A stretch of 64,000 nucleotides of DNA, taken from IMG/VR virus record IMGVR_UViG_3300011113_000396, positions 49,453 to 113,452 of that record, one strand, 5' to 3'. The stretch's first letter is position 1. Every line of letters starts with the position of its first letter. The notes beneath the pieces were generated by a model. The model did no database searches and was not told the DNA's origin. It saw only the letters and a list, made by a program, of their open reading frames with translations. This DNA comes from a virus. Made by a program: the position numbers and the translations under genes. This document shows positions 8,935-19,508 of the stretch, in pieces.

Positions 8935-9980
8935 AAATAGCAGTCATTAATGACACCCACTTCGGAATCAGAAATGATTCCGAATTGTTTTTAAATTACT
9001 TCATAGATTTTTTTAAAGAACAATTCTTTCCATATCTCAAAGATAATAATATCGATACGGTAATTCATCTTGGAGATTTCTTCGATAGAAGAAAATATAT
9101 CAATTTTAACACATTAAACCGAGTTACTAATGAAATCCTTGTTCCCCTGAAAGAGATGGGAATTCAAGTACATTGTCTAGTCGGTAATCACGACACTTAT
9201 TATAAAAATACTAATAGAGTAAATTCTGTATGTCAGCTACTTCCAGCGTTTGATAATATCAAAACTTATGGTGAATTCGATATTATCAATATCGATGGAA
9301 CCGAAATCGCTATGGTTCCTTGGATCAACGATTCAAATGAAAAAGATATAGTCAAGCAACTCAAGAAGTGCAAAGCAACGATTGCATGTGGCCACTTTGA
9401 ACTAACAGGATATGAAGTTCTTCGTGGTGTAAAGTTTGATGGTGGAATGTCAGATGAAGTTCTTGCCAAGTTTGAAATTGTTCTTTCTGGCCATTTTCAT
9501 CTGAAATCATCCCATAAAAATATTTACTACTTGGGTACTCAATACCAAATGCTTTTCTCCGATATTAATGAAGCAAAGGGCTTCCATGTCTTTGATCTAA
9601 AGTCTAGAGAATTGGAATATATCCAGAACAGAAATTGCATTTTTCATAGAATTTTTTACGATGACAGTGCAACACCCAAGATCGATAAGATGGATTTCTC
9701 TCAGTACGAGAATAAGCTCGTAAAGATTATAGTCCAAAGAAAAACTAATCCTGCTACTTATGAAAAGTTTATTGATGGCATCAATTCTGCAAATGCTCAT
9801 GAGATTTCTATAGTTGATGAGACATTTGTACCAGATGATTCAAACGATGTTGCTGATTTGAGTGTTGATACACTTTCATTCATCGAAAAAGAAATCGATC
9901 AATTGATTGATGTCAAAAATAAAGACGAACTCAAGAAAATGGTTCATGATATTTACTTTGAAAGTCTAGATAATGATTAA
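8931..9980 (+). CDS. gp47: Recombination endonuclease subunit (Mre11/SbcD-like)
   Basis: DTHFG, GDFFD, GNHD, GHF and SGHFH phosphoesterase motifs; GTG start. Confidence 0.96.
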   Translation: MKIAVINDTHFGIRNDSELFLNYFIDFFKEQFFPYLKDNNIDTVIHLGDFFDRRKYINFNTLNRVTNEILVPLKEMGIQVHCLVGNHDTYYKNTNRVNSVCQLLPAFDNIKTYGEFDIINIDGTEIAMVPWINDSNEKDIVKQLKKCKATIACGHFELTGYEVLRGVKFDGGMSDEVLAKFEIVLSGHFHLKSSHKNIYYLGTQYQMLFSDINEAKGFHVFDLKSRELEYIQNRNCIFHRIFYDDSATPKIDKMDFSQYENKLVKIIVQRKTNPATYEKFIDGINSANAHEISIVDETFVPDDSNDVADLSVDTLSFIEKEIDQLIDVKNKDELKKMVHDIYFESLDND

Positions 9981-11682
9981 GTTTACCCAACTAAGATTCA
10001 AGAATTTTGGTTCATTCGGCAATAATTTTACTGAAATCGATTTTGGTAAAAAGGGAAATTATCTAGTTTCAGGCAAAAACGGAGATGGAAAGTCCTTTGC
10101 CTTTCTAGATGCTATTACTTTTGGTTTGTTTGGTGTTCCTTTTAGAAATATCAATATTCCACAACTAGTCAATAGTGTAAATAAGAAAAACTGTGTGGTA
10201 GAGGTAGAATTTGATATTGGGTTGACCAAATACATGGTTAGGCGTGGCCTAGCCCCCAAGATCTTTGAAATTTACAAAGATGGCAAGTTGATAGAACAAG
10301 CCGCCAAGACTAAGGAATATCAGGAATATTTGGAAAAGAATATCCTTAAAATGGGATATAAGTCTTTTACTCAGGTTGTTATTCTTGGAAAGTCTTCTTT
10401 TGTCCCGTTTATGCAACTTACTGCGGCTGACAGACGAGAAGTCATTGAAAATGTTTTGGATATCGGTATTTTTAGCTCTATGAATTTAGTATTAAAGGGC
10501 AAGATTTCTCAGCAGAAAGAGTTTATTAAGCAAAAAAAGACCGATTTATCCACAATTCAGGGCAAGGTAGATGTTTTGGATCGTAATCGCCAAGAATTGG
10601 AGAAGAAAAAGCAGGATATTGAAACTAAGCTACAAAATAGGCTTAACGAAATTGATGTTAGTATCACCCAATATAGAGATCCAATTGCCTCATTAGAGGC
10701 AGAACTAGCCGCCAAGGAGGCTGTTCTAGCCACTTTTGCCGAAACCAAGTATACGGGTATGCTTGAACTGAGGTCGAGCTTAAAAGCCAACCTAGAGTCA
10801 TTAAAGGAAGACATTCAGTTTTATCAGGAAAATGAAGTGTGTCCTGCATGTAAGCAGGCTATAACGGATAACCACAGGAACGAAATCTGTGCGACTAAGA
10901 ATACCAAAAAAGACGAAATTGATACAGCCATTCAAAAATTGAATGAGATGATCGAAGAACAAAAAAATAATGACAACTCCAAAAAGAATTTGGAAAGAGA
11001 AATATCAAATATTAAGAATGATATAAGACAAGCAAACCAAAAAATTGCCAATCTAGAAGAACAAAAGAAAATTTATGAAAAAGAAGCCAAAATTGATCTG
11101 GTGGATACTATCGAAAAAATTACAAACGACATTGCTACTTTTAAGAAGGAAGCTAAGGCACATCAACGAAGCTTGGATACACTTTACAATGAGAACGAAG
11201 ATCTAGAAATACTTTCTGGGCTTCTGAAGGATAGTGGTATTAAAACCAAAATTATTCGCCATTATCTTCCATTGATGAATCAGATTGTGAATAAGTATCT
11301 TTCCAACATGAATTTCTTCGTCCATTTTTACTTGGATGACGAATTCAAGGAAACGATCAAAAGTCGCCACCGAGATGACTTTTCCTACATGAGCTTTAGT
11401 GAAGGTGAAAAGCTTAGGATTGACTTAGCATTGCTTTTAGCATGGAGAGAAGTCGCTAAACAGAAGAATAGTGTCAGTTGTAATCTATTGATTTTGGATG
11501 AAGTATTTGATTCTTCGCTAGATTCCGTGGGTACGGATGAATTGATGAAAATCCTAAATATATTAGGTAAGGAAACTAATGTGATTGTAATCAGTCACAA
11601 AACGGATCAGCTTACCGATAAGTTTAAGTACATTTACACGCTGGAGAAGAAGAATAACTTTAGCAAAATAAGCCTTACATAA
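9973..11682 (+). CDS. gp46: Recombination ATPase subunit (Rad50/SbcC-like)
   Basis: Walker A GKNGDGKS, coiled coil with CPAC zinc hook, FSEGEK, LILDEVFD. Confidence 0.97.
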   Translation: MIKFTQLRFKNFGSFGNNFTEIDFGKKGNYLVSGKNGDGKSFAFLDAITFGLFGVPFRNINIPQLVNSVNKKNCVVEVEFDIGLTKYMVRRGLAPKIFEIYKDGKLIEQAAKTKEYQEYLEKNILKMGYKSFTQVVILGKSSFVPFMQLTAADRREVIENVLDIGIFSSMNLVLKGKISQQKEFIKQKKTDLSTIQGKVDVLDRNRQELEKKKQDIETKLQNRLNEIDVSITQYRDPIASLEAELAAKEAVLATFAETKYTGMLELRSSLKANLESLKEDIQFYQENEVCPACKQAITDNHRNEICATKNTKKDEIDTAIQKLNEMIEEQKNNDNSKKNLEREISNIKNDIRQANQKIANLEEQKKIYEKEAKIDLVDTIEKITNDIATFKKEAKAHQRSLDTLYNENEDLEILSGLLKDSGIKTKIIRHYLPLMNQIVNKYLSNMNFFVHFYLDDEFKETIKSRHRDDFSYMSFSEGEKLRIDLALLLAWREVAKQKNSVSCNLLILDEVFDSSLDSVGTDELMKILNILGKETNVIVISHKTDQLTDKFKYIYTLEKKNNFSKISLT

Positions 11683-11985
11683 ATGTACAACTACCGAGGA
11701 AAATTTCGAATACTACAGCCAGATGGCAATATGACCGTCTATTCTCAATATGATGTTGTCGAGAAGGAAGGCAAGCATTATATGGCTGTGTTTGATACCT
11801 ATGGTTTCTCCCCCGAACACGGAGAACTTCGCGGTTGGAAAAAAATAAACGGAACTGTTCCTGTTACCAGTAGCAGTGCCCCATCCAATCCCGATGTCGG
11901 ACAGCAATGGCTCGATACTGTTTCTGGAATTCTATTCGAATATGTTGACGATGGAAATTCTAAACAGTGGTTAGCCATTAGCTAG
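11683..11985 (+). CDS. Small protein with fibre-type/carbohydrate-binding-like motif
   Basis: C-terminal SAPSNP..G..WLDT..G.L..Y....QW resembles the C-terminus of ORF 27007. Confidence 0.6.
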   Translation: MYNYRGKFRILQPDGNMTVYSQYDVVEKEGKHYMAVFDTYGFSPEHGELRGWKKINGTVPVTSSSAPSNPDVGQQWLDTVSGILFEYVDDGNSKQWLAIS

Positions 11986-11992
11986 GAGACTT

Positions 11993-12178
11993 ATGGGATA
12001 CTATTATGAAAAGAAGAAGAATAATAGTTGGAGAAGAAAATTTTACAGAGAATTGGCAAAGAAACAAAGGCGTTCTACGCGACATTATTTGAATAAACTT
12101 GTTCAAGATGTTTGCTCAGGAGCTATTGACTTTGATGAGTTCTTGGATATGATGCGTAGAAGAGGTAATATATTATGA
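11993..12178 (+). CDS. Small basic hypothetical protein
   Basis: AGGAG SD upstream; overlaps gp45 start (ATGA). Confidence 0.55.
   Translation: MGYYYEKKKNNSWRRKFYRELAKKQRRSTRHYLNKLVQDVCSGAIDFDEFLDMMRRRGNIL
12126..12153 (+). promoter_or_regulatory. Sigma70-type promoter for gp45 operon
   Basis: TTGACT-N16-TATGAT, then GAGGT SD. Confidence 0.6.
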
Positions 12179-12873
12179 AGACTAAAAGTGCCACTAAGCT
12201 AAGTAAAGAGACTCTGCAAATTCTGAAGAACTTTGCATCCCTCAATTCCAATCTCCTTGTCAAGCCCGGTAATCGTCTTGTTACGGTTACTCCCTACAAG
12301 AATGTGATGGCCGAAGCCATTATTCAGGAGGAGTTTGATACTGAATTCGCTATCTGGGATCTGTCCAAGTTCCTTGGCATCGTGTCGATGTTCGAAGATC
12401 CTGACTTTATTTTCCACGACAAGTATGTGGAGATTGAAGGTAGCAATCATTCTACCGTAAAGTATTTCTACTGTGATCCGAAGCTTATCACTTCTTATCC
12501 AACTAAGAATCTTGTCATGCCCCGTATTGTCCTAGAACTTGAGTTCTCGGAGCGTAAACTGACCGAACTGCAAAAGGCAGCATCGATTCTACAGATTCAG
12601 GATCTCAAGATCTTCTGTGACAGCGGTAGTATTATGGGTGAGATGTTCGATTCTAAGGACAGCACTACAAACACCTATAGCGTAGAGTTCCCATACGACG
12701 GCGAACTTGAGACTGATGAGTTTGAGTTCCACTTCAAGATTGAGAATCTGAAGTTTATTCCGGGAGCCTATAAGGCTCAATTCTCGGAAAATATTGTGTC
12801 TAAGTTTGTTTGCAATAATACTCCAATTTCTTATTGGGTTGCAATGGAACCGTCTTCCAACTACGGAAAGTAA
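12175..12873 (+). CDS. gp45: Sliding clamp
   Basis: LSKETLQILKNFASLN.NL, FAIWDL.KFL, KIENLKFIPG.Y; followed by gp44/gp62. Confidence 0.95.
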   Translation: MKTKSATKLSKETLQILKNFASLNSNLLVKPGNRLVTVTPYKNVMAEAIIQEEFDTEFAIWDLSKFLGIVSMFEDPDFIFHDKYVEIEGSNHSTVKYFYCDPKLITSYPTKNLVMPRIVLELEFSERKLTELQKAASILQIQDLKIFCDSGSIMGEMFDSKDSTTNTYSVEFPYDGELETDEFEFHFKIENLKFIPGAYKAQFSENIVSKFVCNNTPISYWVAMEPSSNYGK

Positions 12874-12877
12874 GTAA

Positions 12878-13825
12878 ATGAATATTGATCACTTTGTATG
12901 GGCGGAAAAATACCGCCCATCATCCATTTCTGAATGCATTCTTTCTAAGGAGAATGCAAATACATTCAATAGCATGGTGAAGCAAGGAGAGCCACAAAAT
13001 CTTATGCTATCCGGCCCAGCCGGATGCGGTAAGACTACGGTTGCTAAGGCTCTTTGCAAGGATCTTGGATGCGATTACATTCTGATCAACTGCTCTGAAG
13101 ATGGCAATATTGATACTCTTCGCACAAAGATTCGTGGATTTGCTAGCACTGTATCATTGACTAGTGCCAAGAAGGTAGTTATTCTTGATGAATTTGATTA
13201 TAGCAATGCAAATAGCATTCAACCCGCTCTGCGCGGGGCTATCGAAGAGTTTTCTTCTAATTGCAGATTCATTATGACTTGCAATTGGCCAAGTCGCATC
13301 ATTGATCCTCTTCATTCCCGGTGTACGCACATCTCATTTGTGATTCCTTATGAGGAAAGATCTACGCTTGCGACTAATATGTTTAAGCGTGTGAAGCACA
13401 TTCTTGATACCGAAAAGGTAAAGTATAACGATAGTGCTCTTGCTACTCTAGTAAACACCCATTTCCCAGACTTTAGGCGCATTATTAATGAATTGCAGAG
13501 ATATTCTGTCTCTGGCGAGATTGACGTTGGTATTCTAAGCCAATGCAAGGAGATCGATCTCAAGAAGCTGGCTGGATATATGTCCAGTAAGAATTTTGCC
13601 GAGGTTCGGAAATGGGTCGTCAACAATCTTGAGAATAACAATACAGATATTTTTCGAAGGATCTATGATAATCTGACTGATATGCTACAGCCAGCCAGCA
13701 TCCCACAAGCAGTCATGATTATTGCAGAATACCAATATAAGGCAGCATTTGTCGCAGATCAAGAGATCAATATGACTGCATTCTTGGTAGAAATCATGAT
13801 GCAATGTGAGTTTAAGAAGAAATGA
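12878..13825 (+). CDS. gp44: Clamp loader large subunit
   Basis: WAEKYRP, GPAGCGKTT, ILDEFD, PLHSRC, FPDFRR. Confidence 0.97.
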   Translation: MNIDHFVWAEKYRPSSISECILSKENANTFNSMVKQGEPQNLMLSGPAGCGKTTVAKALCKDLGCDYILINCSEDGNIDTLRTKIRGFASTVSLTSAKKVVILDEFDYSNANSIQPALRGAIEEFSSNCRFIMTCNWPSRIIDPLHSRCTHISFVIPYEERSTLATNMFKRVKHILDTEKVKYNDSALATLVNTHFPDFRRIINELQRYSVSGEIDVGILSQCKEIDLKKLAGYMSSKNFAEVRKWVVNNLENNNTDIFRRIYDNLTDMLQPASIPQAVMIIAEYQYKAAFVADQEINMTAFLVEIMMQCEFKKK

Positions 13826-14193
13826 ACCTATCCAAGGTATTAGAAAGCATCAACTATACAAAGGAAGATGCCCTTGTTGACAACGACAAGGATTATGTTC
13901 CATTTGTCGTAAATAGATCATTATCATATTTCATTGATACTATAGCCTACGCCAATCAGATGAATCTATACCCTCATCTGAACAAGCGTCTTCAATATGA
14001 TTATCTTAGAAATGCTATTCGCAAGAAGCGCAGATTCAGTAAATGGGCTAAGAAAGCCGAATACGACTGCCTAGAAGCTGTGTGCTTTTACTATGGATGT
14101 TCTAAGGTAAAGGCAATAGAAATCATCAACCTACTCTCCCAAGAGCAAAAATCACATATACAGTCAGAATACGAAAAACTCCAAAAAACCTAA
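13822..14193 (+). CDS. gp62: Clamp loader small subunit
   Basis: YVPFVVNRSLSYF.DT, QYDYL.N.IRKKRRFSKW.K. Confidence 0.93.
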   Translation: MNLSKVLESINYTKEDALVDNDKDYVPFVVNRSLSYFIDTIAYANQMNLYPHLNKRLQYDYLRNAIRKKRRFSKWAKKAEYDCLEAVCFYYGCSKVKAIEIINLLSQEQKSHIQSEYEKLQKT

Positions 14194-14217
14194 ATAATTT
14201 GGTATTATGGAGTTTTT

Positions 14218-14622
14218 ATGGATAATAATGACATATTTGATGGTTTAGGTGTTGAAGTAACATTAAAAGATAAAGACGCATTCTTGAAGGTCCGAGAGAC
14301 CCTAACAAGAATCGGCGTTTCTTCCAATCCAAACAAAAAGCTATATCAATCTTGCCATATCTTGCACAAGAAGGGCAGATATGCTATAATGCATTTTAAA
14401 GAATTATTTGTTTTAGACGGATTGGATAGTGATATGGACGAAACCGACTTGGCAAGAAGAAATACTATTGTAAAGCTTCTTGTCGAATGGGGTTTAGTCG
14501 ATCCAGTAGATGAGAATAGATATAAGGGGCCTCAGCTTCCGCTGAACAAGCTCAAGATCATTCCCTTTAAGGAGAAGGGTGATTGGAATCTAGTTCCTAA
14601 GTACCATATTGGAAAGAAATAA
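14218..14622 (+). CDS. regA: Translational repressor RegA
   Basis: FLKVRETLTRIGV, LYQSCHILHKKGRY.IMHFKELF, W.LVPKY.IG. Confidence 0.97.
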   Translation: MDNNDIFDGLGVEVTLKDKDAFLKVRETLTRIGVSSNPNKKLYQSCHILHKKGRYAIMHFKELFVLDGLDSDMDETDLARRNTIVKLLVEWGLVDPVDENRYKGPQLPLNKLKIIPFKEKGDWNLVPKYHIGKK

Positions 14623-14912
14623 TGAATATTGTTAATGATTATGATTTGTATGATAAAGCAAGAAATATGCTTTATGAAGGTCTTGCTAAGTACGATATCA
14701 AAAAACCAATCTTCATTTATGTTGACAATGAAATTGGCGATGCAGTCTTTAATATAAAAAAAAATAAACAGAATTTTGAATTAGCTATTATTCTTAGTAA
14801 TGAAGCTGTAAGTTTTGCTAAAGAAAATCTAATTGAAATTTTTAATAGATTTGATATGATTATTACCGATGATCCAGTAATAAGTGAATATTCATTCTTT
14901 AGTAAAAAATAA
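14622..14912 (+). CDS. Hypothetical protein
   Basis: Coupled to regA (TAATG); first gene of the AT-rich island. Confidence 0.55.
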   Translation: MNIVNDYDLYDKARNMLYEGLAKYDIKKPIFIYVDNEIGDAVFNIKKNKQNFELAIILSNEAVSFAKENLIEIFNRFDMIITDDPVISEYSFFSKK

Positions 14913-14918
14913 TTTATT

Positions 14919-15533
14919 ATGATACCAAAAATTATACACCAAATATGGTTGGGGGATCAATCAAAACGTCCTTCCAACCTTATAGAAACATGGAAAAGTA
15001 AAAATCCATCATGGCAACATAAATTGTGGACCGATGATAATTTACCCACATTGATATGCAAAAAACAATTTGAAGAATGTCCTTCGCTTCCCGGAAAAGC
15101 TGATATTTTAAGATATCAACTTCTTTACCAGCAAGGTGGGTTTTTTATTGATGCAGATTCTGAATGTATTAATTCTTTAGATGATTGTTTATTGAATAAT
15201 CATTGTTTTTGTTGCTGGGAAAACGAAACAGTCCGTAAAGGGCTTATGGCAAATGGATATTTAGCAGCAGAACGAGAGTGCGAATTGATGAAATTGATTA
15301 TGAATAAGATTGATTCATATCCACATATGAATTATCCTCCTCTAGCCACATGGGAAATAACGGGACCTTTATTACTAACTAATACAGCTTATCTCAATAA
15401 GTATCCAATCACAGTGTATCCTAGTTGGTATTTTATACCAAGACATTACACTGGATTGGAATATAAGGGTGATGGTAAAATATACGCAAAACAATATTGG
15501 GGAACCACTCCAAACAGTGGTTATGATTATTAA
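14919..15533 (+). CDS. Glycosyltransferase, GT32/Och1-like (DxD)
   Basis: IPKIIHQIWLG, ADILRY.LLY..GGFFIDAD, TGP. Confidence 0.9.
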   Translation: MIPKIIHQIWLGDQSKRPSNLIETWKSKNPSWQHKLWTDDNLPTLICKKQFEECPSLPGKADILRYQLLYQQGGFFIDADSECINSLDDCLLNNHCFCCWENETVRKGLMANGYLAAERECELMKLIMNKIDSYPHMNYPPLATWEITGPLLLTNTAYLNKYPITVYPSWYFIPRHYTGLEYKGDGKIYAKQYWGTTPNSGYDY

Positions 15534-16288
15534 TGGAAACCGTATCTATAGTTTTAAATTCATATCGAAGAACCAGATGGTTTATGGAACAATACCAAGC
15601 GATCAAAAATCAATCTGTTCCTATAAATGAAATCTATGTGTGGCAAAATAAATCTGATTCCGAGCCAATAGACGCATCATATAAAAACGATGTAATATTT
15701 GCAGACTGCAATCAAAATTTAGGTGTTTGGGCAAGATTTGCATTAGCTTTAAATTGTAGATCAGATTACATTGCAATTTTTGACGATGACACAATTCCCG
15801 GATCAAAATGGATAGAGAATTGCTTGAACACACACAAAACTCATCCCGGATTGCTTGGTACTGTTGGTGTTATATTTGGTGACAAGTATTATACTTGGAA
15901 CAAAGTGGAGCGTCTAGGTTGGTGTAACTCAAACGAAACAGTGAAACAAGTTGATATAGTAGGTCATTGTTGGTTTTTTCATAGAGATCTTCTTTCTGTT
16001 TTTTGGAGAGAACTTCCGAGCAAAAATCAAATACCAATTGTTGGCGAGGATATTCATTTTGCTAAAATGATACAAAAATATACTAATCAAGGGGTGTATG
16101 TTCCCCCCCATCCAACAAATGACAAGGAAATGTGGGGTAGTATAAAGGGAGAATCTTATGGACATAGTCAAGAGGCTATATCCATGAATTTGTATCAAGT
16201 TGGAAATATGAAACTTGCTGGTGGGCAGATGATGGCTATGGAACTTTCAAAAGCCGTTGATAATGGATTTAAATTACTAAGAGCATAA
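15533..16288 (+). CDS. GT-A fold glycosyltransferase (GT2-like)
   Basis: IVLNSYRR, ARF, IAIFDDDTIPG, GEDIHF. Confidence 0.8.
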   Translation: METVSIVLNSYRRTRWFMEQYQAIKNQSVPINEIYVWQNKSDSEPIDASYKNDVIFADCNQNLGVWARFALALNCRSDYIAIFDDDTIPGSKWIENCLNTHKTHPGLLGTVGVIFGDKYYTWNKVERLGWCNSNETVKQVDIVGHCWFFHRDLLSVFWRELPSKNQIPIVGEDIHFAKMIQKYTNQGVYVPPHPTNDKEMWGSIKGESYGHSQEAISMNLYQVGNMKLAGGQMMAMELSKAVDNGFKLLRA

Positions 16289-16289
16289 G

Positions 16290-17285
16290 ATGATATCAAT
16301 TTTTTATGGAACAAGACCAGAATATATAAAACTGTATAAACTTTATACAGAAATGAAAAATAAAAATTTTAATTGTGAACTAGTAAAAGTAAATCAACAC
16401 ACTACATTAATTGAAGATTGTTTTTCCGATAGATCAGTAGATATTTTAACTACTGATAATAATAGACTGAATTCAATTATCCAACAAGCTTTAAATAGTA
16501 AATTGTTTGGCTCAGATACAACACATGTAATTGTTCAGGGAGATACTGCAACTAGTTTTGGAATAGCTTTAAATGCATTTCATAATAAAATAAAAATAAT
16601 ACACATAGAAGCTGGCTTGAGAACTTGGGATAAAGAAAATCCATATCCAGAAGAAACATATAGAAAATGCATTTCTAGTATGGCTGATGTGCATTTTTGT
16701 GTTTCAACATTAAATAAAGAATGTTTACAAAACGAAAGAGTAAACGGTAAATTATATGTTGTCGGAAATACTGTTTTGGATAATTTAGATAATGAAAATA
16801 TTTATTATGGAAATATTATTCCTATAACTCTTCATAGAAGAGAGAATAAAGATAGAATTGAAAAAGTATTAAGGGCAATAGATAATGCAGCTTTAAATTT
16901 CAATCATTTAAACTTTGTATATCTAAAACATCCATCTGTAAACATTAATAATGAATTTAAAAATATCTTTGTTATGCCACCACAAACCTATTCAAGCATG
17001 ATAAATATGTTAAAACAATCAAGGTTTGTTATAACTGATAGTGGTGGAATTCAAGAAGAAGCATCTTTCTTTAAAAAAAGAACAATAGTTGTAAGAAAAG
17101 AAACAGAAAGAAAAGAGGGTCTTGGGGTATTTTCTGTTTTGGCTTTTGAGCCAATTAGTATAATAGAATCTATTAGAGAGTTTGATGAACATTATGAAAT
17201 AAATGAACCTTGTCCATATGGCGATGGCAAAGCTGTTGAAAAAATTGTTACAGTGTTGGAGCAATATATAAATGAAATTATTTAA
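16290..17285 (+). CDS. wecB: UDP-N-acetylglucosamine 2-epimerase
   Basis: GTRPE.IK, VQGDT, HIEAGLR, PEE, TLHRREN, TDSGGIQEEA, PYGDG. Confidence 0.95.
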   Translation: MISIFYGTRPEYIKLYKLYTEMKNKNFNCELVKVNQHTTLIEDCFSDRSVDILTTDNNRLNSIIQQALNSKLFGSDTTHVIVQGDTATSFGIALNAFHNKIKIIHIEAGLRTWDKENPYPEETYRKCISSMADVHFCVSTLNKECLQNERVNGKLYVVGNTVLDNLDNENIYYGNIIPITLHRRENKDRIEKVLRAIDNAALNFNHLNFVYLKHPSVNINNEFKNIFVMPPQTYSSMINMLKQSRFVITDSGGIQEEASFFKKRTIVVRKETERKEGLGVFSVLAFEPISIIESIREFDEHYEINEPCPYGDGKAVEKIVTVLEQYINEII

Positions 17286-17967
17286 AACTGAAATTGAAAA
17301 GTTATTTACACGATTAATTTCAAGAAAACCTTTTGCATTTAGCAAATATGCAGATGGTGAATGGATGGCAATGAATCAATTTCCGGTGTTTAATGGGGAA
17401 TTTAAATCGGATTCATCGGAAAAAACCTTAAACTCAATTAAACTTTTAAAAGAATCATTTGTTTATAGAGATCCTAATTATATTGTAGGAATCAGCTGTC
17501 CATGCTGCCAAGGCCAAGCACATGAACACATGAAAAAAGTTTCTGGTCAAGATGAAGAAAATCTTACATATGCAAATATATTTGTAAATTCAAATTATCA
17601 ATATTATAAAGATAACTTTATCCCAGAGTATAAAAATTGGAATGTAAATTTAGTAGCAAATGAAAATTCTAATATAGAAAAATTACCTTTTAATATAAAA
17701 AGGTTTTATCCAATCAAAGTTAATGCTTGGGTAGAAAATCTTGATTTAATTGAAACATTAAAAGAACTTAATACCCATGATGAATTGTATTTATTCGCCG
17801 CAGGACCTTTTGGCAATATATTGACATATAAAATGTGGCAACATAATAAAAATAATACTTATATGGATATTGGTTCTACATTAAATCCTTGGCTTGGCTT
17901 TGAAGGATTTAAACGTGGTTACTTATACGGATCAGAAGATTTAAGCAAAGTTTGTATTTGGGGTTAA
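17272..17967 (+). CDS. Probable GT-D fold (DUF1792-like) glycosyltransferase
   Basis: FSKYADGE and AAGP...YMDIGS echo the RFGDGE and LGP...IDIG motifs of GT-D. Confidence 0.55.
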   Translation: MKLFKTEIEKLFTRLISRKPFAFSKYADGEWMAMNQFPVFNGEFKSDSSEKTLNSIKLLKESFVYRDPNYIVGISCPCCQGQAHEHMKKVSGQDEENLTYANIFVNSNYQYYKDNFIPEYKNWNVNLVANENSNIEKLPFNIKRFYPIKVNAWVENLDLIETLKELNTHDELYLFAAGPFGNILTYKMWQHNKNNTYMDIGSTLNPWLGFEGFKRGYLYGSEDLSKVCIWG

Positions 17968-17985
17968 ATATAAAATTAATTTATT

Positions 17986-18708
17986 ATGAATAATATTACA
18001 TTATTTACATATACACATACTAACTGTAAAGATTTGTGGCCAATATATTTTGATTTATTGGATAAACACGCTCCTTCATTTGACAGTATTGTGGCATCAA
18101 ATCAAGTTTTTAATAGCTATAAAAATCATAAATTTGTAGAATATAAAGATGAAAATTATTGCCAAGAAATTGCAAACATTGTTGAAAACAACATACAAAC
18201 AGAATATATGATTTATATGCAAGAAGATTTTTTCTTGTATGATAATATTAATACCGAAGAATTAAAATACATCACTGATTTTTTGGATGAAAATATAGTT
18301 TCGTGTGTTCGATTAATTAAATGTGGTCAAGTGACAGAAATTCCAATCAAAGAAAAAATTTATTGGATTCAAGAACCAAATACACTACACGATTCAGTAA
18401 CATCAGTATCTTTCCAACCAACTATTTGGAAAACCAAGGATTACGTTGAACTTTATAGAAATACTGCTTACACTAAATTCCAAGAAGGAATTGAGTTTGC
18501 AAAAACCATGAATAAACTTAATTATCGTGCGGCATATTACTATAACAAAGAACCCAAAAGAGGTGGTATGCATTGGGATTCTTCCATATTTCCATACATA
18601 GCAACCGCTGTTGTCAAAGGAAAATGGAATTTCAGAGAATATACATCTGAACTTGATTTAATATTAAATCAATATAAAATAGATGCTGATGTCAGGGGCA
18701 AATGTTAA
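17986..18708 (+). CDS. Probable glycosyltransferase (GT-A like)
   Basis: YMIYMQEDFFL, SFQPTIW, A.VKGKW; island context. Confidence 0.6.
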   Translation: MNNITLFTYTHTNCKDLWPIYFDLLDKHAPSFDSIVASNQVFNSYKNHKFVEYKDENYCQEIANIVENNIQTEYMIYMQEDFFLYDNINTEELKYITDFLDENIVSCVRLIKCGQVTEIPIKEKIYWIQEPNTLHDSVTSVSFQPTIWKTKDYVELYRNTAYTKFQEGIEFAKTMNKLNYRAAYYYNKEPKRGGMHWDSSIFPYIATAVVKGKWNFREYTSELDLILNQYKIDADVRGKC

Positions 18709-19508
18709 TGAATGCTGCAATTGTTTACTTAACACGACGACAAGATATAAGTTTTCTTGTTAAAAGTTTAAATTTACTCAATGTTTTTTTTATAGACAAA
18801 TTTCAATACCCAGTTATTATTTTAGAAGACGATTTAAATAATGTGGATAAAGAGCAAATAAAATTATGTTTAAATAATTTAAAAATTAAAAATTTTATTC
18901 AATTTGAAAAGATTTCATTTAGTTTACCAGAATCTTTGTCTTTGGATTCAAATCGATATAATCCACCATTAGATGGTTTTAAGATGGGATACCGAAGCAT
19001 GTGTCAGTTTTTTTCTGGAGAAATATTTAATTGTAAATTTTTAGAAAAATATGATTGGATTTGGAGATTGGATTCTGATTCTTATATATTGAAACCTATA
19101 AACTACGATCCTTTTGCATATATGAAGGAAAATAACAAAGTTTATGCTTACATATCAGAATATATGAAAGATCAACCTTATGTAGTTGAAGGTCTTTTTG
19201 AAACGACAAAGCAGTTTATTGATCAAAATAAAATTAAACCTAATTTAATTTTACAACAATCATTAATAAATGGTTGGAATTGTGAAATGTTTTACACAAA
19301 TTTTGAAATTATGAATATTAAATTTATGAAAGAATCTGGATATATTGACTATTATGAATTTTTAAATTCAACAAATAATATTTTTTATAAAAGATGGGGC
19401 GATGCTCCAATTCGCTGGCTCGGTGTAAATATGTTTGCACAAGAAAATGACATATATTGCATAAAAGACATATCATATCAACACCAACATTGGATTAAAA
19501 ACACATGA
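18702..19508 (+). CDS. Alpha-1,2-mannosyltransferase, GT15 (Kre2/Mnt1-like)
   Basis: GYRSMCQFFSG, YDWIWRLDSD, FYTNFEI, FYKRWGDAP, Y.H motifs. Confidence 0.85.
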   Translation: MLMNAAIVYLTRRQDISFLVKSLNLLNVFFIDKFQYPVIILEDDLNNVDKEQIKLCLNNLKIKNFIQFEKISFSLPESLSLDSNRYNPPLDGFKMGYRSMCQFFSGEIFNCKFLEKYDWIWRLDSDSYILKPINYDPFAYMKENNKVYAYISEYMKDQPYVVEGLFETTKQFIDQNKIKPNLILQQSLINGWNCEMFYTNFEIMNIKFMKESGYIDYYEFLNSTNNIFYKRWGDAPIRWLGVNMFAQENDIYCIKDISYQHQHWIKNT

